From an uncultured virus (IMG/VR IMGVR_UViG_3300021431_000009) (lineage: Duplodnaviria > Heunggongvirae > Uroviricota > Caudoviricetes), in IMG/VR virus record IMGVR_UViG_3300021431_000009: a stretch of 22,478 bases of DNA. One strand, written 5' to 3'. Shown in pieces: positions 15,789-22,478 of the stretch; within the stretch, counting starts at the first letter, position 1; the number at the start of each line of letters is the position of its first letter. The notes beneath the pieces were generated by a model, which was not told the DNA's origin, made no database searches, and was given only the letters and a program-made list of their open reading frames with translations. A program made the translations under genes and the position numbers.

Positions 15789-18405
15789 GAACAGAACTAT
15801 ACCAAAGGAAGAAGGTTATGTCTTTCCAGCCGAAGGTTCCACAATTGATAGCGAGGAACTTGAAGGGGCGTTTAGTGGAAAGGGCATAGCCTTTGATGCC
15901 CATGATATAGCCAGTAAGATACTTGACTTCGGTAAAGTGCTTACAGGAGTTGACCTCTATCCTTATCAGGTGGAGGCCGCTTACGCTATTATATACTCAG
16001 TAATTACTTTCTCAGGTGATGTGAAGACAATGTTGTTCTCACGTCAGAGTGGTAAATCTGAGACTATCGCTTTTGTTATTGATACGCTATGTGTTCTTCT
16101 GCCGGCACTTGCACAGATTATTCCCGATCTTGAGCAGTTCAAGAGTGGTTTTCGTGTAGGTTTGTTTGCTCCACAGAGCGACCAGGTAACTACCACCTAT
16201 TCACGTTCAATGACGCGCCTAAATTCGGCAAATGCAGAAATGGTGCTGTCAGACCCAGACATTAACGTGGAGCTTACGAGTTCAGTTCGTCTTGAACTTA
16301 CTAATGGTAGTTATCTTGCAGGTCAGGTAGCAAGTAAGCAGTCAAAAATCGAGTCAAAGACTTATGACCTTGTAATCGTTGAAGAGGCTCAGGATGTAGA
16401 TGACCTTATTGTAAGTAAATCTATCGAGCCAATGGTTTCTGCAACAGGTGGTAGTATCGTGAAAGTGGGTACTACAGGTATGTTCAAGAACCATTTTTGG
16501 TATGAGATTCAACACAATAGAAACCTTGACCGAAAAATCAAGGACATTCGTATAAGAAATCATTTCGAGTACGACTACAAGCGTATCATCAAGGATAGAC
16601 GCGCCCAATATGAAATTGACCATAAGAGATTCCACCTTAACTATGAGGCGGACGTAATGCGTAAAAAGGCTCGTTGGGGTGAGGATTCTCAGGCGTTCAA
16701 ACTTGCGTATGCTCTTATTTGGGACTTGGAGACAGGTATGCTTATTACGGATAAGGACTTTATCAATATCTGCAATAAGAAACTTGGTTATCAGGAACCC
16801 GGAATCAATGACTATATTGTAGCAGGTCTTGACATTGGTAAGTCTCCAGCAGAGACGGTTATGACTATTGGACGTGTTATTCCCGATGAGGAAGAGTTTG
16901 GTAAACCCTACAAGCAGATTCTTGCGTGGGTTGCTCTCGGTGGTCTTGACTATGAGGCCCAGCATCATGTTATCATGGATTGCATCGTGGAATTTAATGT
17001 GGCTACTCTCTATGCTGACTATACGGGTGTGGGAAAGGCAGTTGTTGACCGACTGATGTATGCTTGTGGAGAGTACGTGAATATCGTACCATATACTTTC
17101 ACGGCGCAGAGTAAGTCGGATATGTGGTTCAACTTTACTTCGGAAATATCAACAAGACATTTGATTGTTCCCGCAAACAAGAAAGTCCGTTCTACAACCG
17201 AGTTCTCTAAATTCGAGGAGCAGATGAAAAACTGCCAGAAGTATTTCAATGGCCCTTATATGGTTTGTGAGAAATCCGAGGGGTACTTTGATGACTTCGT
17301 CGATAGTTGCCTAAGTAAAGATACTGAAGTTCTTACTATTGAGGGATTCAAAGGAATTGACGAACTTACTAAGGATGACTTAGTAGCATCAGTAAACCCA
17401 GACGATTACTCAATGTCTTACATGAAGCCCCTTAGAAAAATTGTTAAGCCTTACAAGGGTGATATGATTCACTTTAATGGGGAACATTTTGAGCAGTTGG
17501 TTTCTCCACATCATAGAGTTCTTTATGAACGTAGGACTTCAAGTAGTGGAAAGAGTTATTTCTGCAAGACTACTGAATTTGCTGAGAATGTAATTAACCG
17601 AGGCTTAAATAGTCGATTCCCAGTAAGTGTGTCTGTGAAGAACGAAGATTACCCGATTTCTGATGCAGAGGTAAAACTTCTTGGGTGGTTCATTACTGAG
17701 GCGTGGATTGGAAGGTATAAGAAGTACCCCAATTATTATAGGTATAGTATTGGGCAATCTATGAAGGTTTACCCAAAGAAGTGCGAGGAGTTAGCAGGTA
17801 TCTTCAAGGAACTTTCTCTTGAACCTTATGTATGTGACAAGAAAAACGGCGTGAGATTCTGGCAGTTCCATAAAAAGGACAATGACTACTTTGATACTCT
17901 CCTTGATAGAGGTTGTCACTCTATGCCGAGTTATTGGCGTAATTTCAGTTTAAGGCAGATGCAGGTTCTTTTCAAGGCATTGATGGATGGCGATGGACAT
18001 TGGAATAGCATGACCTACACTACTCAGAACAAGGAACTCGCTTATGAGTTTTCTGAGTTGTGTCATCTTATAGGAAAGGCTTGTTATGTGAAAGAAGACT
18101 CTGCAACGGTGTATAAGGGTGAGGTTCACTTACTCTATAGATGCTACGTTGCAGAGGGAGGATATAAGCGTGTAAGAGGTTTCGACCTCGTTCCGTATGA
18201 CGATAGGATATGGTGTGTCACTGTTCCGACAGGATATATTGTTATTCGTTATAATGGCAAAATTTCCGTTACGGGAAACTGCGCGCTTATGTGTCTTGCT
18301 GCAAATGAAGACCAGCAGGTTGAGGAGGAAATGGAGGTAACAGACAATCCACTATACGGAGGCATAACTGATACAATCAGGGCAATGCGCCGAAATTCTT
18401 ATTAG
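15775..18405 (+). CDS. terL: terminase large subunit containing an intein (552 aa after splicing)
   Basis: YPYQ Q-motif, Walker A SRQSGKSE, Walker B LVIVEEAQ, motif III VGTT, RNase H-type nuclease GLDIG...DYTGVG...FDDFVDS; located upstream of portal. Confidence 0.92.
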   Translation: MPKRKNRTIPKEEGYVFPAEGSTIDSEELEGAFSGKGIAFDAHDIASKILDFGKVLTGVDLYPYQVEAAYAIIYSVITFSGDVKTMLFSRQSGKSETIAFVIDTLCVLLPALAQIIPDLEQFKSGFRVGLFAPQSDQVTTTYSRSMTRLNSANAEMVLSDPDINVELTSSVRLELTNGSYLAGQVASKQSKIESKTYDLVIVEEAQDVDDLIVSKSIEPMVSATGGSIVKVGTTGMFKNHFWYEIQHNRNLDRKIKDIRIRNHFEYDYKRIIKDRRAQYEIDHKRFHLNYEADVMRKKARWGEDSQAFKLAYALIWDLETGMLITDKDFINICNKKLGYQEPGINDYIVAGLDIGKSPAETVMTIGRVIPDEEEFGKPYKQILAWVALGGLDYEAQHHVIMDCIVEFNVATLYADYTGVGKAVVDRLMYACGEYVNIVPYTFTAQSKSDMWFNFTSEISTRHLIVPANKKVRSTTEFSKFEEQMKNCQKYFNGPYMVCEKSEGYFDDFVDSCLSKDTEVLTIEGFKGIDELTKDDLVASVNPDDYSMSYMKPLRKIVKPYKGDMIHFNGEHFEQLVSPHHRVLYERRTSSSGKSYFCKTTEFAENVINRGLNSRFPVSVSVKNEDYPISDAEVKLLGWFITEAWIGRYKKYPNYYRYSIGQSMKVYPKKCEELAGIFKELSLEPYVCDKKNGVRFWQFHKKDNDYFDTLLDRGCHSMPSYWRNFSLRQMQVLFKALMDGDGHWNSMTYTTQNKELAYEFSELCHLIGKACYVKEDSATVYKGEVHLLYRCYVAEGGYKRVRGFDLVPYDDRIWCVTVPTGYIVIRYNGKISVTGNCALMCLAANEDQQVEEEMEVTDNPLYGGITDTIRAMRRNSY
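17308..18279 (+). mobile_element. intein (324 aa) with LAGLIDADG-type homing endonuclease domain
   Basis: Block A CLSKDTEVLT.EG; block B VSPHHRV; LAGLIDADG-like LLGWFITEA and LFKALMDGDG; blocks F/G IWCVTVPTG...NGKISVTGN|C with Cys+1. Confidence 0.9.
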
Positions 18406-18428
18406 TTCTAATATAATTCTACGTAGAA

Positions 18429-19778
18429 ATGAAAAAAGAAAAAACTATCAGAACCTACCAACGTCACACTAAGACGGGTAAGGTGGTCACGGTAAAGCAG
18501 CATACTGCAAAGTATGACGCTGCCGAGGCATTGAAAGAAGCCGCCAAGAAGAAAGGCGCAGGTGATGAACTGGAGAACCTCAAAAAGAAGGTTAAGCCTG
18601 AGAAAGTAAAAGTAGAGAAGCCAGTTGAGGATGCTCCCGATTATGGTTTTACTGCTGACGAGTATAAGGCATGGTATCATTGGGACCAAGATGCAGACCC
18701 AAAGAATAAATCTGCATTGAAGGTAGAAAAGGCCCTCAAGAAGCAGATGGGTACTAAGGCCTATAATAAGTATTTTGACGAGCTTACTGATAGTTATTCT
18801 TCTCGTGGTCACAATAAGGCTTTTAAGGGTCTCAGCGAAAAACTCTCTGCGGGTGACGGCAAGAAATCAGTTACTCCTGCAAAAGAAACTAAAGTCCCAA
18901 AAGAGGAATCTTTAAAGGTCGGGAGTTCTATCCAAATGGGAAACTCCACAAGTTTAGGAAAAGGTAAAAAGGAGACCTTTAAGGTTCTTGCTGTTCAGAA
19001 GACCAATAAACAAGACCGTGAACTTGGCAATACCGAGGCTGCTTGGGTTCAGCGTAAGGATGGTAGCGTAACTTTGGCCCTCAAGGATTCTGAGAAAGGC
19101 TGGATGTACGATGATACATGGACTGACTTTACTGACAGGAAGCATCCTTATGCGAAATCTTTGGAGGCAGTTGGTTACTCTTTCAAGAAGGCACAAGGAA
19201 AAGGTGGCAAGTATTGGGAAGTCTCTAAAGGTAAGGAAACAAATGTAGATTCTTCTGAATATGGTAAAGCACCAAAGCATCTTGGTATGACCCAGCAGGA
19301 GTGGAATGACTGGATGGATGGTGGTGCAGGATATAAGAAGGCTGATAAAAAGGCTAAAGCCCACCTTGAGAAACTTTATGGTAAGGATGGAGCCAAGGCT
19401 ATCCGTAAGAAGTACGAGGGTGACGGTTCTAACACGTATATTGACCTTGTAAGTAAGGCCACCGCTGACAAGAAGATTTTATCTGAGCTTGGGGATGCTA
19501 AAAGAGCCAGAGCTTCTATGGAGGGTCTTAAAGACCCAAAGAGGGATGCTGCAAAAAAGGAAGTGGAACGGAAAGACCACGAGTATCTTAAAGGGGTTGC
19601 TAAAAAGGCAATGTTTAAGAACGACCCTTGGTTTAAGAGAAACGGATGGACTAAGCAGGAGAAACGTAATGGCAATTACTCTTGGATTTCCCCCGACGGA
19701 AATGTTTCAGTTCCTGTTACTAAGTTAGGCATGGGGGCAGGTAAGAATTTTGGGACACCCAAGATTAAGAAAAAGTAA
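18429..19778 (+). CDS. Lys-rich protein between terminase and portal (putative internal head or ejected protein)
   Basis: 449 aa, strongly basic; N-terminal IRTYQRHTKTGKVVTVKQHT hairpin-like motif; function inferred from position only. Confidence 0.6.
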   Translation: MKKEKTIRTYQRHTKTGKVVTVKQHTAKYDAAEALKEAAKKKGAGDELENLKKKVKPEKVKVEKPVEDAPDYGFTADEYKAWYHWDQDADPKNKSALKVEKALKKQMGTKAYNKYFDELTDSYSSRGHNKAFKGLSEKLSAGDGKKSVTPAKETKVPKEESLKVGSSIQMGNSTSLGKGKKETFKVLAVQKTNKQDRELGNTEAAWVQRKDGSVTLALKDSEKGWMYDDTWTDFTDRKHPYAKSLEAVGYSFKKAQGKGGKYWEVSKGKETNVDSSEYGKAPKHLGMTQQEWNDWMDGGAGYKKADKKAKAHLEKLYGKDGAKAIRKKYEGDGSNTYIDLVSKATADKKILSELGDAKRARASMEGLKDPKRDAAKKEVERKDHEYLKGVAKKAMFKNDPWFKRNGWTKQEKRNGNYSWISPDGNVSVPVTKLGMGAGKNFGTPKIKKK

Positions 19779-19781
19779 TGT

Positions 19782-20075
19782 ATGGACTGCGTAGTAAAAG
19801 AGCATAAGAGAAAACGTTCCAGAGTTCGGAGGCATACCCGCCATTTGACCTCGAAGGGTGAAAGGGCTAAGGCTGCAATGAACTCTCGGAACGGTTTTGG
19901 TGATGAACTACTCAAGCGTTCTTTTAAGGCGTTGCATCCAGACCATTCTCTACGGAAGATTAAGATACATCATAATAAGTCAGGTAAAATAACCGCCACC
20001 TACAAATACGGAAGTGGGAATGTTGCACATTTTACTTTCACAAATGGAGGCTGGCAATTTAATTACGAAAGGTAA
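19782..20075 (+). CDS. small Arg/Lys-rich protein sharing an N-terminal motif with 18429..19778
   Basis: VVKEHKRKRSRVRRHT...KAA.....GFGDEL. Confidence 0.6.
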   Translation: MDCVVKEHKRKRSRVRRHTRHLTSKGERAKAAMNSRNGFGDELLKRSFKALHPDHSLRKIKIHHNKSGKITATYKYGSGNVAHFTFTNGGWQFNYER

Positions 20076-20077
20076 CT

Positions 20078-21685
20078 ATGGGAATTGGAGTAGGTGGGAT
20101 GAACCCCACAGGAGTTGGAAGTTATAATGGTTATCCGGGTTCAAACCATTGGAACGTGGACAGTCGTCCTCTTAGTGAGGCTACGAATGTTCTACGCTCT
20201 TTTGTGTTGCAGAATATCGTACAGGATAACCAATGGGAGTTGGACCGAATCACGAAGTACTACTTGTATTGGAAGTTCTACGATGGTATGCACTACAAGG
20301 ACTTCAATGATGGTCTTTTGTCCTTTAATTACGTGCGCGCGTTTATAGATAAGGTGTCTATGTTCCTTTTGGGTGACGAGGCATTTACTTTCCATGTGAA
20401 GAGTTTCTATACAACGCAGGTTGACAAGGAGGTTGAAAAAGCCGCAGAGGAACTGATGATGTACCATTGGGGAAAATCAAACAAGCTACAACTTGCTTAT
20501 GAGATTCTCCAGATGGGTTCTATTACAGGTGACTGCTGGATTGGTCTCCATTGGGAAGAGAAGGGCAAGTACTGTAAGATTTCGGTATTTGACAGTCGTC
20601 AGTGTTTTGAGGAGTTCGAGAATGGTGACTACACCAAGCGTAGAGCTTTCCTTGTACGTCAGCCTCTCGATGGTCATGCCAATGACAAGGAGTATCGTTT
20701 GTTCGTACAAAGATGGACTAATAATACGGTAGAGACGTGGTATCAGAAAGACGTGTCTATTGAGGAGAATCGTGTTACTAAGTATGAACGTAAGGAGTAT
20801 AAGAACAAGTATGGTTTCATTCCAGTTGTTCATATTAAGAACCGTCCAAATTCTGCTGGCTATTATGGTAAGTCAGATGCCAACGACATCCTTAAAATAA
20901 ATAAGGTGTATAATGAAATGATGCAGCAGTTGAAAGCCATCATCGACTACCATGTTACTCCTACAACGGTAATAACAGGTGCATCTGCTAAGTCACTGAA
21001 GAAGGGTCTTGGTCAGATTTGGTCGGGTCTCCCTGCTGAAGCTAACGTATTTAACTTGGGCCTCGATGTTGATTTGTCTGCGACTATCAATTACGTAAAG
21101 GACTTGAAGACTGCTATGCACGAGCTTTCTGATGTTCCAGAAAACGCCCTTGGTAAAATTCAGGCAATCAGTAACACTTCTGCTGCCGCTTTGCAGATTA
21201 CTTACCACCCATTAAAGCAACAGGCTGATTTGAAGGCCATGACTTATGGTGAGGGAATTTCGGCGATAAACTCAATGATTTTCCAGATGCTTTTGATTGA
21301 AGACCCCAGCAATATTCGTCTCAATGCAATAGAGAAAGCCATTCCAGACTTTATAGACTCTATGCTTATTGAGCCGGTGTTTGCGTATGGATTCCCCAAG
21401 GATAAGATGGATGAATTGCAACGCGCACAGCTTGAATTGCAGATGAAACTTGGTTCCCGCCGTGAGATTATGGAGCGTATTGGTAAGCAGAATGTTCCAG
21501 AACTTATGGAGGAAATTGATGCTGATGCAATGCAACAGGCAATCGTTCAGATGCAGATACAAAAAATCGCCCTTAGTGCGGGTTTACCTAATGAGAATGG
21601 AGGTGAATCTTCACCGGCAGAAGAAAATGGTAATCTCGAAGAAAATAACAACTCCGAGGAGGAAGAAACACCAAATGAGGACTAA
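20078..21685 (+). CDS. portal protein (SPP1 gp6-like)
   Basis: 535 aa after terL; FNYVRAFIDK...LG, GFIPVVHIKN.P...YGKSD, SAAALQITY.PL...A..K; acidic low-complexity tail typical of portals. Confidence 0.82.
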   Translation: MGIGVGGMNPTGVGSYNGYPGSNHWNVDSRPLSEATNVLRSFVLQNIVQDNQWELDRITKYYLYWKFYDGMHYKDFNDGLLSFNYVRAFIDKVSMFLLGDEAFTFHVKSFYTTQVDKEVEKAAEELMMYHWGKSNKLQLAYEILQMGSITGDCWIGLHWEEKGKYCKISVFDSRQCFEEFENGDYTKRRAFLVRQPLDGHANDKEYRLFVQRWTNNTVETWYQKDVSIEENRVTKYERKEYKNKYGFIPVVHIKNRPNSAGYYGKSDANDILKINKVYNEMMQQLKAIIDYHVTPTTVITGASAKSLKKGLGQIWSGLPAEANVFNLGLDVDLSATINYVKDLKTAMHELSDVPENALGKIQAISNTSAAALQITYHPLKQQADLKAMTYGEGISAINSMIFQMLLIEDPSNIRLNAIEKAIPDFIDSMLIEPVFAYGFPKDKMDELQRAQLELQMKLGSRREIMERIGKQNVPELMEEIDADAMQQAIVQMQIQKIALSAGLPNENGGESSPAEENGNLEENNNSEEEETPNED

Positions 21686-21719
21686 AATGAGGTCTAAAGT
21701 TATAATTTTCTGAAAAATT

Positions 21720-21751
21720 TTTGGAGATTTAAGAAATTTATTCTATTTTTG
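21720..21751 (+). promoter_or_regulatory. Bacteroidota sigma70-type promoter P4 upstream of head genes
   Basis: TTTG (21720-21723), 20-nt spacer, TATTTTTG (21744-21751) in an intergenic gap. Confidence 0.65.
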
Positions 21752-21799
21752 CATCGCTATCAGATACATTTTAAGTTAAACGTTTAAAAAGAAACTGTT

Positions 21800-21985
21800 A
21801 TGGAATTAGGCAAACAGAATCCCGAAGCCCTGCACGATGTAGGTCAGGGAACGGAGAAACTCGTTGATGACAAGTTCGTTAATCCGGGTACTCCAGCGTC
21901 ACCTCTCGTGACCCGCGAGCAGATGACTCAGGCTACTATCAAGGGTAGTGGTTCAGAAACTCTTCGTAAGGGTATCATCAAGTAA
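21800..21985 (+). CDS. small hypothetical protein (possibly head-associated)
   Basis: 61-aa ORF, first after P4, AT-rich leader. Confidence 0.65.
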   Translation: MELGKQNPEALHDVGQGTEKLVDDKFVNPGTPASPLVTREQMTQATIKGSGSETLRKGIIK

Positions 21986-22026
21986 CAAATCAAACATTGT
22001 AGTAACTTTTAATCGTAGAAAAGATT

Positions 22027-22478
22027 ATGCCAGAATCAAAGCAGAACACAATCAGTATTCCAGAAAGTGTCACAATCAACGGTGTTACTTACTTAGTGAG
22101 TGAAACTCCCGAATTGCAGAAGTTCATTCAGGACGTGTCTAAGGTCGAGAAGTCCAAGCTGTACTCTCAGTTTGAGTCGCTGAAAGCGCAAATCAAGGAT
22201 TTGAGTGGCGTTCATGTGACAGAAGACGAGCAGAAACAGCAGTTCGACATCAAGGCCCTTGTTGAGTCGCTCAAGGACTCCTTCGTGACTAAGGAGGATT
22301 TGAAAGAATCCTTGAAGTCCACAGTAGAAGAAGTTGTCCGTCCTGTCCTTGATGCAACCAAAAAGACGCAAGAGGATGAAATCAATGCTTATCGTGAGAA
22401 ACTCATCACTGAGAACGCCGCCACTTGTATTCCAGAACTTGTTAAGGGCAACACTAAGGAGGAACTCGATGCCGCCCT
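22027..22478 (+). CDS. probable capsid scaffolding protein (runs off the window)
   Basis: Open frame from ATG 22027: MPESKQNTISIP...VEKSKLYSQFESLKAQIKDL...AYREKLITEN...IPELVKGNTKEELDAA; acidic and helical, located after portal. Confidence 0.6.
   Translation, partial: MPESKQNTISIPESVTINGVTYLVSETPELQKFIQDVSKVEKSKLYSQFESLKAQIKDLSGVHVTEDEQKQQFDIKALVESLKDSFVTKEDLKESLKSTVEEVVRPVLDATKKTQEDEINAYREKLITENAATCIPELVKGNTKEELDAA

Noticed and set aside
529..22371. Minus-strand ORFs (e.g. 5403..5894, 8682..9107, 16354..16968, 18408..18812) and nested alternate-frame + ORFs
   Set aside because: All lie opposite or inside better-supported + strand genes and show no recognisable motifs; treated as shadow ORFs.
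1..22478. Stop-codon reassignment (TAG to Gln, as in Lak and some crAss-like phages)
   Set aside because: Genes are intact and densely packed in the standard code, and TAG ends several genes cleanly (8179, 9002, 10030, 15240, 18405) just before the next start or promoter.

Overview
This is a 22.5-kb segment of a tailed dsDNA phage (or prophage) of a Bacteroidota host, probably Bacteroidales/Prevotella-like. The host call rests on Bacteroidota-type TTTG-N19-20-TAnnTTTG promoters, AT-rich leaders without Shine-Dalgarno sequences, and Bacteroidota lipoproteins. All credible genes are on the + strand and read in the standard code. From left to right: (i) two tandem type V pilin-like (FimB/Mfa2-like) lipoproteins and a terminator; (ii) a ~1.5-kb AT-rich non-coding region full of short repeats; (iii) two putative early operons driven by an identical 39-bp promoter whose spacer is a palindrome (GTTA-N12-TAAC, repeated in arrays upstream), containing an N-terminally minimal DNA topoisomerase IB, a KTSC protein, an HExxH (SprT/WLM-like) peptidase and about 20 small hypothetical genes; (iv) a packaging/head module of KTSC, QueD, an intein-containing large terminase, two basic proteins sharing an N-terminal motif, portal, a small ORF and a probable scaffold that runs off the window. 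GATC is strongly depleted throughout. All product calls come from motif recognition by eye; no searches were run.
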